This document shows positions 24,223-37,635 of a stretch of 59,107 bases of DNA, piece by piece (the first letter of the stretch is position 1; the number at the start of each line of letters is the position of its first letter). Source of the DNA: Paramecium tetraurelia (lineage: Eukaryota); assembly GCA_000165425.1 (NCBI GenBank), contig CT868649.1, positions 682,001 to 741,107 on the forward strand, in the 5' to 3' direction. The notes below the pieces were generated by a model. It was not told the DNA's origin. It did no database searches and saw only the letters and a program-made list of their open reading frames with translations. The position numbers were made by a program, and so were the translations under genes.

Positions 24223-27200
24223 TCAATACTGATTATAATCATAATAGAAATGAATCTTTAACAATAAGTGGCTTGATTAATGTCCTGATAAATAATATAA
24301 TTTGAGGTCTCTCTCATTCTCCATTTCATCATCAATAAAACATTTGGCACATTCATAACAAATATCAACATGTTGGCCATCAAATTTGCCTGGTCTACAA
24401 TTTAAGCAAATATATCTAGGTAATGGGTCAAAATCTTTTTCTTCTCCTTTTTCTCTTTAACATGGATGACAATCTATGGGATGATACTTATTCAGTTATT
24501 GATTCTTTTTAGGGAATAAGTTGTGTCCAAATTTATATGAGCTTAATCTATTCATTTCTTCGTCAGTTGCACACGATGGTACAAATACTAAATTACTTAG
24601 AATCTTGAATTCTTATAGTTCTATTTTATCATCATCTTATTATCCACACTCAATGCAATAATGTCTGCATAACCATGGTGAATAGAATTATCCTTAATTA
24701 ATGATAGATTTATTACACAGATTACATTACTCTCCTTTCCTGATTTCGAAGTCTATTATTAAGATAATGAATACATTGATATAGATCTGGGAATTACAAT
24801 TCTTTTGCAACTAGTTACCCTGATTACGCTTCTAAATTTAAATTTATGAGCTCATCTTCTTAATCTTTATACCTTTATAAAGCATAGTATTCATGTTCTT
24901 AAGGTGTTAAAGTAATCAAGGGTACTATAGCAATTCCGTCTTATTTAACTAATTTATTATCTGCTTAATAAACAGCAAAGCCATAATTAACAATGTCAAA
25001 TTGTCCAAATTGCATTAATGAGTTTCGGCAATCATAGATATCAAATTAAATTATTTTATTTTGCAGGAAGTCCTCAAATCCCATTTCAATGACATTCTTA
25101 GCTCTTTCTAATATTTAAGGAATATGATCAAGGCATAAAATTTTGTATGTTCCTTTTGGTTTTAGTTTCTCCAACAATTTGAGTATGGCTGTTGCTGTAA
25201 ATGCACTTCCACAACCAATATCCAATATTTATAATTCTTTATTTAAGTCTTTCTTCACATATTTATAAATAGTCTCTAAGATTTTGATCTAAACATCAAA
25301 ACTTTCAATGAAACTTCCCTCTGCAAAATCATATCTCTCATATTCATTTTAAAATGAAGGGACATTATCCACGTAATCTTGTATCTCTAATTCTAATAGT
25401 ACTTATGCAATTTCAGGATGCATCTCCTATCCCCTTTGATATAATTTCTAAATTAACTTAGCTTAATTGCTGTTCATTAAAAACAAATATGGCTCAAAGA
25501 AATCCAATTTTTCATAATCCAGAGCCTGAGTTGGATTCTTGATCATTGGTAATGGTTTTTACTGTGTTTATTGTTATTGTTCAACCAACATAGATATTCC
25601 CTTAATGATTTTAATTGATTATTTTTATCCTTTGACTGTTCTAATGTTTGTAGTGTGCTCCATGGGTTTTCTTAAATATTTAGTATCTGTCATGCCATAT
25701 TATAATACTTGAACATGTTCTTCTCCATCAAAATTCTAATAATAATCATGAAGAAATTGAATCAGCTCTTCATTTAATTTTGGATCTGTAACTTCCTTAT
25801 GTAATCCTAGCTTTGTTTTCACTTCATTCATCATAATAATGTCATTGATTCTATTGGCTTTGGTTATCGTCAATGATTTAGTGACTGAAATTATAATTGA
25901 AATAGTTGATGATGCTAAGGAAAGCATAAGAATTTCTATTGACTTTTTGTTTGGATTCAGAAATAAGTAAATGACCTATAATAAAAATTATGGCAAATCT
26001 TCTGCAAATGTTCTAAATGTAGCTGCATAAACTCTATTTGGAATTCCTTTCATCCATAAAAAGTTGGTTGTATTTTATATTGTCCATTTTTCTAATAATG
26101 AACCCACTAAATGAATTTCAACAAAAGAGCAATAATTGCATAAATAGTCAATATAATTTTCATCTCCATCTTATCTCGATAATAACAAACTTAAGATATG
26201 AAACATAGTTGTAGACAATGTTAAAGCCATAATAGCTATTGCACAATATCCTATGGCAGTGTTATCCCCACATGTCATCACAGTAGTAATAAAACAAATA
26301 TCAGAATAAACATCAAACTTAGCCATTTAACTTAAAAACAAATCCTTGCTCTTAAAAAATCAAATATGAAATAATTACAAAAAACATTTGCTCTCTTCCA
26401 ATAAGGACCATTTGAAAACTCAGCATGAGTAATTTCGTGATCTATGCAAGTCTTTGCCAATCTGATTTCTAATAAACAAACTAGAAATGCATAACCGCAA
26501 TATATAAAATGTCCTGTCCATTAATGTCCTGAGCACGCAAGTACAAAATACACGGGTACGAATACGCAAATGAAATAAAATGCTAAAAAGTTAATCCAAA
26601 ATAATATATTTAATGGATACTTACTATTTTCAAGGTGTTTTTTGAGATCATCCTTCTTGTTGTTATATTCATAATCAGCAGTCTTAATACCTAAAAGATG
26701 AGTGATAAAGGATCCATAATTACTTTGCAAAAATACACAATAACAGCATAAGAGGTATTTTTAAACAAAATAAATAGAACAAAAACACTATTTTAAACAT
26801 TCAACAAAATTGGCTTAAATGTTTTAATACAAATCCACACACATTTTAACATAGATCATGAAAAAAGCACACTAAAATTCATAATATAATATTTTACAAA
26901 GCATGTTTTAATTTCATCTACTTATCCTTCATCTTGTCTTTCGTACAATTATAATAGTGATTAATCCCAATAGTAGTTCTAATTGGAATTTACAATGTAT
27001 AAGTAAAAATTCATTGGAATTTCCTCTTAAACTTGTTATTCAAAAGCTTCCACATCAGAATTTTTAACTAACTTTTATTCTTCAGATAATTGCAAAGTGA
27101 ATTTTTCTATAATTTGTTTTGTAAATTATTTCATTGTTGATTCAGACAATTCTTCACTAAATTCAATTATTAATGTTTAGGTATTCTTCATAATTAGATT

Positions 27201-29421
27201 CTTATTTTTAATCAACATTTCTAATTGATTTCTAGTTTATTCTTTAAAGAGTAAATTGCCAGAAATATCCAGCACCCTCAAATCTTCATTATTTTCAAGT
27301 GTCCTCAATAATTTACAACCTTCCTCATCAGTAAATTGATTATTTCTTAAATTGACAATTGGAATCTTTTAAAAAAGTAATCTATAAAATGAGTAATCAT
27401 CTTCAGGAATCAATTATTATTCATCATCATTAGCCATTTCTAGATTTTGATATCTCATTTTTTATTTCATCATAGGTTTCTTAGTCTGATTCCCAAGATA
27501 ATTACTAGATAAATCTAAATATTTCAATTAAGTCAGACGAGTTATTTTTTTGATATCTTCAAAGGTAATTTTGTTATTACTGAGATCTAGGTAACTTAAT
27601 CTATCGACTTTGTTGATCAAATCAATGATATACTCTTTAAAAGGGAGTTTCACATCAAATAATAATGAGCAATTTCCCAGAAGTAACATAGTTAAATTTT
27701 AGTACTGCAAATTCTATAAAAGTTTAGAAATAACTAAGTATCTATCATCACTTAGTTTCAAATCATTATATTATCTGAGATAGGCATCAGCGAGATCGCT
27801 TAGATACAAGAACATTTTATTATCTGTATCTTGGGCAGTATCAAAGAACTACTCTATTTTCATGAATTGCTTTTTCTTCTTCTACTTTGACTATTTTCTT
27901 ATTTCCTGTTTTTCACTTTCATTCTTTTTCAAATCTATTTATTATGGGATACCCATTCCAAAAGATTACGGCAATAGATTTTGTTTAACACTATTCAATG
28001 ACCATGCTAATATCTATATTCTTAATTCATATTTCTTCCTTCTGTGTCTCAACCTCTCTTGGAATTCTGCTTTGTAGAATTCTCGAAACTCACTCATCTT
28101 TAGAATTCCATCATATAATGGTTCAAAGTACTATTCTCCATTCAACATTATCTATTGTACAGATTGAGTTTTCTTGTCAATGCCTGAAAATCCAATGTAA
28201 AATGAGGATTAGAAATATTGTTGTAATAAGGGTTTGTAATTGAACATCTCCTAGAGTTTCAACTCAATAAAATAGAGGAATGGCATTTAAACTAAATGAT
28301 CTATTTTTTGTGTATCATAAGAGATAATCTATATTAGACCATTCTCTGATATCTATAATAAGTTTGGAAATTCCTAATAATGACTTAAGGGATAAATTTA
28401 TTTAGTTACATCACTCAAATTTTAAAGATATAATCGTTCGTCGTTAATTTGATCAATATCGACAATAAATATTTATCCTGTGTTTACAACCACATATAAT
28501 TTATTCTGAATTGGAAAGAATTTCATATCAAATACCTCTGCACCATCATAAAATTGATACTTCTTAATTACCTTCCCTTTTCTATTTAAATCCACTATGC
28601 TGATTTTGTATTCCAAACCATTTACCATTCTGCATTAAGCTACTGCCAATAATCGCCCATCATTACTGATTGTTAGTTTATTTATTATTTCAAAAGGTTC
28701 AATCACATACACTTTTGCTGTCCTTAAATTAGAGTTTATATCTTCCCCTATAAAAGTGTAGACCACCATAGAACTATCTCCTAATGAAATTACCAACTGG
28801 TTCGTCTCATGACAATATGAACTTGCACTTATACCAACTACAAACTTTTCAGTTATTGTCTCTATATCTTATTATAACAGTTAATATTTGTTGCTCACTT
28901 CTTTTGGCTATTTCTATACTGATTATGTCAACTAATTTATATAAAAACATTTTATGCTGCTCAAATCAATTACTATAGCTAAATCGCCATTGGTTAAAAA
29001 AATATTCTAAATTTACGTTTCACTAAATTTTATAATCTCTATCTGTTTCAGAATATCGTATTATTTTATTGAATTGCATAATTAATACATTTCCAATCTT
29101 CCCTTTTGTGTTCCGACTAAAATATAATTGTTATAATATCCTATTGCAACAGCGGTAACAATGCATCCTTAATTATTCAAATTCGTGTATTAAATTATGT
29201 AGTTTCTCGTCACAACATCGACTATCGAAATGCAATTCTAATTACTCTCAATTTAAATAAGTTACATAATGTCCTAAAACTAGCAATTCGTTTGAATAAG
29301 CTGAGCAATAAATCTGTTTCCGATTGATTTCGTAATCCCTTATGAAAAAAGGCACCTGATTTACAGATTATAGATTAGAATCAGGAAATATGATTGAATA
29401 AAGTTTTTAATCGTCTTACAT
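24223..29421 (-). CDS. Large multidomain membrane protein: WD40-like + LRR + XK-related TM module + PIMT-like methyltransferase domain + ZZ-like zinc finger
   Basis: ATG 29421 (MQDDQKLYSIIFP). WD-like strands (VTAVAIG...YILVGTQKGRLEMY) ~28250-29300. LRRs LSYLDLSNNKI, YLDLSSNNLG, VNLRNNQF, LRVLDISGN ~27250-27720. TM region with FDVYSD and FAEDLPQFLLQ ~25860-26610. ILDIGCGS...ILCLDHIPQILERA ~24900-25480. CHPC...RYICLNC...DICYEC...GHQSSH, then TGA 24223. Confidence 0.75.
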
Positions 29422-30049
29422 TATTAAATTAATTTACTTCAATTATCTCTAAATTTAAATACATCTCTTTCTTTTCATTCCCAATTAAATATGTCTCATT
29501 AATTTTTCTCATTATTATCATTTCTCAGAAATTTATCTGATTAAATTCATGATAATCACATACATTTTCAAATGAAAAAGAAGACTAATCTAAACTTATT
29601 TTGTTTATCTTATATTTAAACCAGAGAATTCTCCCACTAAGAATTATGAAATAAGGTAATTTAGAAGATTATACTTTGACTATCAAACTTAATGTATGTT
29701 CAAAGAGAAAAATAAAAATATAATTAAAAACAAACTAATTATATAATGATAATTAAATAGAATAGAAATATCTTAAAACCAAGATGAATTAAAAATTACA
29801 TTAATTTAAATTTCTACTCCTTAACCAATTACTAACTTATAAAATCAAAAATACACAATCTGTTCAGAACAATATATATGATGACATAGCTTCATTAATG
29901 AATATATCCATAAACATCATGAAAATGAGTAAGTTTACTATTTAGAATAATCTTTGGAGTCTTTAATATCAAAAAAATAAATTAATTTAACGATTAGAAT
30001 ATGATTTAAACTAAGGTATATATTTTTATATAAATTAATAACTTTATTA

Positions 30050-30556
30050 ATGCGCAATAAGCATGTTACTATGAGAAATTTCGAAAATAAAATAAAGTTA
30101 TCTTGATGCTTATTTTTAAAGTCAAAAACGACATTCTTCCTATCCTTAATCTAAATCAAAAAAAACACTAAAGGTTCTATACCTAACAATTTCCAAAAGG
30201 GTGAAAATAGAATTGACATCAATAGATTTAATATTAACAAATAAGTATTTTTTGAAGATTCATTTTAATTCTTCAGCAAGCCTAATTAAACAAATACTAA
30301 TTTTTCTCGCCTAATGTTAAGAAATAACTATCATATTTTAAGTGCCAAAAAAAAAAGACCAACTTCTTCGGAAAAACTCAAAATAACTACACCATTCTAT
30401 TCTTCTTCCTTTTATCAAAATTTCATAAGCTAAATAATTTTCTAGGTAATAGAAATTAATAAATAAGTTCGAGTTCCTCTTTTCTTAAAATAAGTCAAAG
30501 AAATAGAGAAAAAATAAGTCTGTGATGAAGGAGGACTTTTTGATAATGGGTTTTGA
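30050..30556 (+). CDS. Hypothetical protein
   Basis: ATG 30050 (MRNKHVTMRNFE), apparently open in the ciliate code to TGA 30554-30556. Confidence 0.5.
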
Positions 30557-31417
30557 GAATAACTAACAACTTTAAAGAGTAATTTTCGATATATGAAAAC
30601 TTATAGTTTCAAAATTCATCTATTTTGTTACATTGTTTATTATTTAATTATATTTAACATACAAATTCTATAGTTTCTTAATTATTTTATTCAAAAACAA
30701 ATAGTTATTATATCTATAAAAGATTGAATAATAAAATGCGGATATGTCTAGAACTTATTTGTTTTCTTTTGCTTGATTTAATTTAAATTTTTCAATAAAT
30801 AATAAGATATATTCAAAATATAGTGATCTTGTTATCACAAATATTCACTTTACACTATTCATATTTTATATCAATTTCAAGTAAAGAAATACAACTGCTA
30901 CAAATACTAATTAACAGGTTAATATACAATCAGTTAAGAGGATATGAAAAATTAACAAAAATAATGAAACAATTAATTATTTGATCAACAAAGATTAATT
31001 AAAAGAAATATTAATTAATCCTCCTTTGATTTTATTTATATCAAGGATCGAGCTGTTTTACAAATTTCCTTAATGGGAAAATATTGTGCTCTAACAATTA
31101 GATTTGATTAATAAACTGATATTTTAAATTAGAGTGATAGTTTATTATACTAATCAAGTCTATTATTAATTATTCTGCAAAATTTATAGCCTTAATATGA
31201 TAGGGATTGCTTTGAATGTATTTTGCAAATTTCCAAATCAGAGACAATTAATAATTCTAAAAAAAGAGAGTAGGTACTTCAATTTTTTCGGTTATAATAT
31301 TTTATCTTGTATTGACAAATTGAATTGTTTAAAACCAAAAATATAATAACTGTGTCAATATTATAATTTATCCAAAGGATTAATATTTTGAAATTATATA
31401 ATATAACAATAAAATAA

Positions 31418-33018
31418 ATGTAGAAAATATAGGATGACTAATAATATATAAAAAATACAAAGAGCTAGTTAAAGATGCAAGGAATAACAGACAATTTGGC
31501 ATCAACAACTCCTGATTTAACAAAATGTGAGTTTGAATTTAATTTTAGTTATCAATCCTGAGGCACTCTTAAAACCTACGAAAATGCAAATTGAACAATA
31601 AAATAAGAAAAGTGATCCAAATGATTCAAAAAATAAGAAAAAGCAAATCTAATAGAGTACTGTTATTACAAAAAATGAAATGACTGCTTAAGATTGGATA
31701 TTGAAGTGTTAGGAATTGTAAGCAATATTGGAAAAAGAAAAGATGAGAACAAATTAATTAGAATTGGAACTAAAAAATAGATAGGAAAGATTTGTTAATA
31801 GAGAAATTGAGTATAGAAAAACGATAGAAGCATTACAAACTGAATTAAGAGCTAAAACAGCTTTAGATTAAGGAGATAGAAAAATAATGGAGAATATTTA
31901 TAAAGATCACAATAAGATTATTGACGGAATCAATAATATTTAATTGAGAACATCTAAAATATTGGTGGATTAGGAGAGAGATATTATTAGATTTTTTAAT
32001 AATAAAATTAATGAGATAAAGAAACAATTTGAAGAGGAAAGAATTAAGAAAGGTAAAAATGATTAGGAGTATATTGAAAAAGAAAATTAATTGATTAGTG
32101 AATTGGAATGGATTAAAAACATAGCTTAAAAAATAGATAATGAAAATCATTCTCTAATGTAAAAGTATAAAGAATTAAAAATATAGTATTAGACATAAGA
32201 AAATGATCGAGAAATGCTTTTAAAAGAGTTAATAATGAAAAAGAAAAAAAATGCCATTCTTAAATCTTAAATTGAGTAATATGAGAAATTATTGAATGAA
32301 GCCTAAAAGGATGAAGTGGAATAAGATGATTAATCCTTTGATCAACCATCCTATCAAGATATTGTAAGACCTGGAAGTAAAGCTAAGGTGAGAATTAGGT
32401 CTGTGAAGAATTCATCCTAATCTTAAAACAGATAAAACAAGGATGATTCATTATCAAAAAACCAGTCATAAATTCAATAACAATAATAACAAGGCTCATA
32501 ATCAATTCAATAAACCTTGTAAAGGTATGAGAAAACAATAAAATCCTTGCAATCAACATTAAAAAAGGAATAAAAGAGAGTGAGAGATTTGAAATAATTA
32601 TACATTAAGGAAATGCAAAGTAAATCAGAATTGGAAGTTATTCTTAGAAAATGTATTGATGATATCAAGGAAGAAATCATATAGATCAAAGGAGAAGCAA
32701 GAATATTCAATAAGAATAATAAAAGTAAATGTTATAGTAGATAATTTAGATAAATTGGATTAATTGGAGAAGGAAGATAGAGATAAATTAATTCAAACCT
32801 TATTAGATAATGAAAAGATAGTGACTTTAATACATGATTAGATATTTTATGCAAATAAAAAGAAGGTTGATGAACTAAATACATCAAAATAATACGAGCC
32901 AAAATAACAAAAGTTATTTTAATTTCCTAATAAATAAATACTATAATAATAGTCTTAATAGAGACAATTAGAGGATGAAGGGTTTGATGATGGAGAGAAC
33001 CCAGAAGATGAGTTTTGA
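31418..33018 (+). CDS. Long coiled-coil protein, resembling basal-body orientation factor 1 (CCDC176)-like ciliary proteins
   Basis: Extended E/K/Q heptads; C-terminal KSELEVILRKCIDDIKEEI ... EDRDKLIQTLLDNE. The family assignment is from recall of a similar motif and is tentative. Confidence 0.55.
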
Positions 33019-33061
33019 TTAGTATATTTTTAAATATTTTTAGTTATATGAAAATATTTAA

Positions 33062-33666
33062 TCATTATATATTGATAGGTTTAAACGAATAGTAATCGGT
33101 ATTTCTTCTTTTAAAATCAACTCTTCTGGTGATTGAAGTATTTCTTTAATTATTATTATTATTCAGTTCTAGTTTATTCCTAGCATCTTAGGTAGTGTTA
33201 TTCATTTTTAGAAGTATATCTAGGTGAGTGTTGTTCTAATGAAATGTTTTATTAATTTTCTCTGTGATTTCCTTTAATTTATTTTCGTAATCATCTGTTA
33301 GATTTTAAACAACTGTTGTCTAAGGTATTGAATAACTTCGGTCTTGAATATTGACTGTGTTTTTAGTTTAATCTTTAAGAATTGGAGTTGGTGGTTTATT
33401 TTCTTGATTAATCTTGGAATTATTAAATTATTAGAAAAATTACTCAACTCTTTGTAATTCAATTTTTTTATTAAATGGATCAATGATCTCCTTGAACTTT
33501 GTCCAATTTTAAAATTGCTTAGTATCTTATTTAGCAATTGGTAATAAAATCTAATTTATAATTTTAAGAGAATTACTTCTTCAATAAACCTAATGAATCC
33601 GCTGCATATTTACGAAATATCATCAGAACCCATAAGAGTTTGATATCTTTGTTATGACATTGACAT
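33062..33666 (-). CDS. Hypothetical protein
   Basis: ATG 33666 (MSMSQQRYQTLMGSDD), one probable intron near 33551-33578, TGA near 33062. Confidence 0.5.
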
Positions 33667-33729
33667 ATAATTTTACTGTTAAATTTATTTATATAATTAT
33701 TATTTAAAGTTGATATAATTTTGAATATT

Positions 33730-34302
33730 TCATTTCATCAAAATTAAGCATATGGTTATTATCTATTCTAAGACATGTCATTAAATCCGCTTTATTAAGG
33801 ATTCTAAGTTCCAACTGGACCAGCTAATGTAATAATCTATCATTTACCAACTTGTTGTTAATTCCCTCTATAAGAATTTATTGCTACAATGGCTCCAACC
33901 TATAGATAAATCCATCATTTTACTTTTAATAAGGCATTCACAATGCTAATGAAGATTACGAAAACATGGAGACCATGTAATCTACCCCAAACAGGATTAT
34001 TTTTTTCTGTGGCAGTCCAAATAGATCCAACTGACAATAACCAAATTAAATCAACTAAAATTAAGATTCCATTTAAAACCATTAACTAAGAAATAGCAAT
34101 TAAATGATTACCATTAAGGAATTGGCTTTGTCATCTCTTGATATCCATAAATAATAGCAAAAGAAAGCAAAAGGGAAATTAAAATCTGTTCTAATCAAAC
34201 AGGCTAGTACTGATAACCACTTTCAAAATATTATTCATTAATTCTTACAGCAATTGATAAGAAAATTAGCTCTATTATTTTACTTAATTTCTTTGAATCC
34301 AT
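33730..34302 (-). CDS. Small multi-pass membrane protein
   Basis: ATG 34302 (MDSKKLSKIIELIFLSIA), hydrophobic exons separated by three ~25-nt introns, TGA 33730-33732. Confidence 0.65.
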
Positions 34303-34493
34303 CTCTTAATTCAACTATTTATATTAATTCAAATAATTTTAATATTTTTAAATATTAGACTGTTATATATATATAATTGGCATTTATCTAAAACCTTAAA
34401 TTATTTTTATCATCAATCCCAATCTTAGAATAGTATTAAATAATAGATGTTCATCATAAATACAAATATTGTATTTTTAATATTTAATTAAAT

Positions 34494-35447
34494 ATGAATA
34501 AATACGCTTTAGAAGAATAACAAATTTTAAATGAAATTATAGATCAAATATTTTCATCTAACATAGCAGAAACTAAAATAATAGCAGAAGAAATCTATAG
34601 TGTAAAGAGACTTGTTTCATTAGAATAATTTTTACCTAACATTTGTGGATTCTATGCACTCTATAACACATATTTTGAAATCAATCACAATATTACATTA
34701 TTTTGGAAATTCTACTTTGAATTAATAAAATAGTTAAACCAAATGTTTGAAGGGGATTTCGAAAATTTTGATGAATTATAGCGTTATCATCTTGATTACA
34801 TACTAAATAATAAAATTATATAATAACTCTAAGTGTATCAAGATTTTGGCAACAAAAGACCAAAGGAAGTAATTCCATTTTTTTATGGTTGCGATATCAT
34901 TTAAAATTCAACAGAGGAGTTATCTATCATCTCAGATTCATTTAATAGATTAAGATAATAATAGATTTCTAATTTAACTCTCATTTGTGGTATAACAATA
35001 CATTACTTGATAATTGATTTGAGATGGGAGTAAACCAAACTTAATATATATTTGATAGATTCTCAAAATGATAATTTAAATAAGCTCTTTAATAAGCAGA
35101 TTGTTATGGATAAAAATCTTTCTTTGGAAAAGCGAAGAAGAAGAAGGTATAAGATTGATTTAAGAAATTTAATAATGATTCTTTAAAGACTATTAATCGG
35201 TTAAGACATAATTGATATTTATTTAGAATATGCAATCAATAATGTAAGAGATAGTTTTGATGAATTTGCATAAAGAAAATAGTTAAAGGAATGGATTATT
35301 GAGGAGTATCCATTGCCAGTATTAAAACACATGATATTTAATGTAGCTAAATAGTTTAATAAATAACTAAAATAAATGTCTTGGATATTAGAGTATGAAA
35401 ATTAAGAATTGAGTGAATTAAAGAATTAATTAATGACTTTTATTTGA
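34494..35447 (+). CDS. Putative papain-fold cysteine peptidase (Josephin-like motif order)
   Basis: Q-x5-C motif EQFLPNICGFYALYN, later GITIHYLII (His strand) and IYLIDSQN (Asp strand). Confidence 0.55.
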
Positions 35448-35473
35448 TATATAATATAAAATATAATTTAATA

Positions 35474-36380
35474 ATGAAAGGATATGAGTTTTTGAGACTG
35501 ATATAGGAAATTGGAGTTATTCTTAATTTATCAACTCCAACAATCAGTCATGTGATTACTATTTATAAAAGGTAAAGAAATAACACTAATGAATAGATTT
35601 ACACTAAGCAACAAGAGATAATTTAAAAAGGAAATGGTGATCACAGCATGTTTTTATTTAGTGAGTAAAATAGTGGAAGATATGAAAAGAATTAGAGACA
35701 TTTTAGTTAGTAAGTAATTCATATTAATAAGTAAGTAATTTGTGTAGTTAATAAAATGTACACATTAGCAAATCAAGAGAGAAAATAGAAATTATAAGCT
35801 AATAATTAAGCTGATTATGATGAAGATCCAATTAAATATTTAGGCATAGAATAATACGAGAATTACAATATTGAGTTTTTTGATAAATTTGTACCTTTAT
35901 TTAATAATGAATAATATGCAGAATGGAAAAGAGAAGTATTGGAAGCAGAGTAACATATATTAAGGATAATAAACTATGATTTAAAAAATGAAACATTGGA
36001 TAGCTACTAACTCTTATTGAATTATTTAAAGGTATGTTATTAGAGAGTCTACATTATAGATCTTTCAATTTGAATAAGGTTTAAGATAAATGATATTTGA
36101 TATATTTCAGGATACATTCTTTGTTGACTTTTAGACAGACATGGTATTGATTTATCAGTAATTGTAGACTTAAGTAGATTGTGTCAAAGGTTCAATTTAT
36201 TTGGGAATTTAATTTTTTAGAATGCATGCAGTGGATAAATAGAAATTATTGAAATTAAAAGAAGAATTTTGTTCATAAAAATGGTGGGAAGAATTCATGC
36301 AAATCTCATATAAACAACTATTATTATTTTAAATCGACATGTTACAATATTACAATGCATAAGATTTTGTATAAGCATGA
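35474..36380 (+). CDS. Transcription-type cyclin (cyclin L/K-like)
   Basis: FLRLIQEIGVILNLSTPTISHVITIYKR, ITACFLLVSKIVEDMKRIRDIL, VLEAEQHILRIINYDL; several introns. Confidence 0.75.
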
Positions 36381-36601
36381 ATATAATTTATGTAATTAAT
36401 AATTTATAAATATCCTTTTTTTTTTTGCTTTTACGCTAAGGTATTTTTAAGCAAATTTGAATATAAAACTCACATTAACAGAATTGATTGAGCAGAAGGA
36501 ATTTGGTGATTAAATTTCAAAGATTCACATCTTCAAATAAAAATATAGTGTCATATTGTTGTATTTTCATTTATTTGATATGAATACTGTGAAATAAATC
36601 A

Positions 36602-37581
36602 TCAAATTGGTATCAACCAGAACAATATATTGGATCCCAAGGCACTTTAAAAATTGAGCCAGATTCCTTGATCATATTTTGTTTTCTAATAATAAGCACT
36701 CATTAAATACATCTGGTTTATCTTCAAGTTGTTCAAGCGTTGTTTTATTTTACGATGTAAGATAAACATGAAATATAAAAAAACCTGATATCAAGATGGC
36801 AAGGAAACATACAAAATAAAAGTGAAGCACTATAATGTAGAGTTTTAAATCGGAAACATCAATGTGAATTACTTACTCAAAGACTTTTTATTAGGAAATA
36901 GTGACCCAAACTAAAAGAGCGCCTCTACTTCTAAATGAATTTAATCTTACTTGCATAAAAGATCATACAGAAAAACATCTTATAATTATCTCTGGCAACA
37001 CAATTATTTATCCATTGGCAATGATGATCCATTCTCTACCAACAAGTATTGCATTATGAACAATGATGTGCTCTTGGTGGTTTAGGAATGCAACATTTTT
37101 TGCAAAATCGTTTTTATACAACCTTTTGATTCTGATCTTTATTAGTATTGTCTTCTTCTTCAATGATTTCTTCTGCATCCAGATTAACAACGCTTCTATC
37201 TTCATCATTTTCTGTTTTGAATGTTTTTACAGATCTTTAACTTCTCCTTTATTTTTCCTCTGTTAATCTCTCTTTTTCTTATTATTTAAATATTTCCCAT
37301 TACTTCCAAGTTTCATCAATTGTTTCCTAAAATAAGTAAATAGAAAACCGTTGAAATAATTCCAGGTTACAAAAACATTGCCCTAAACATTGATACCATG
37401 AATAAAATGATAATACAATGCAATATGATGATATCATAAGTATATCCATTAAAATTGGGTTTGAGATTGGTCTACAATAAATAGAATAATTTACAATGAA
37501 ATAAATGCTGTATGAAAATATTAGCACACCAAACAACATAAAAGTCGGCAATAACGACATTAATCTGTTCCAAAAGCTCAT
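36602..37581 (-). CDS. DHHC zinc-finger palmitoyltransferase
   Basis: [42 protein letters not shown], C-terminal NFQSALGSNILFWLIPI-TGA; 4 TM segments. Confidence 0.93.
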
Positions 37582-37635
37582 CTAAATTCGTTTTTAATTA
37601 TATTTTTTTAATAATATAATACTCAACATAAAATC

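Noticed and set aside
31863..32710. Hydrophobic minus-strand ORFs in the track (also 9632-9974, 13856-14077, 18288-18584, 27862-28243, 37063-37266, 42469-42684)
   Set aside because: They are antisense shadows of real genes on the other strand; their F/L/I richness comes from complementing K/E/Q codons.
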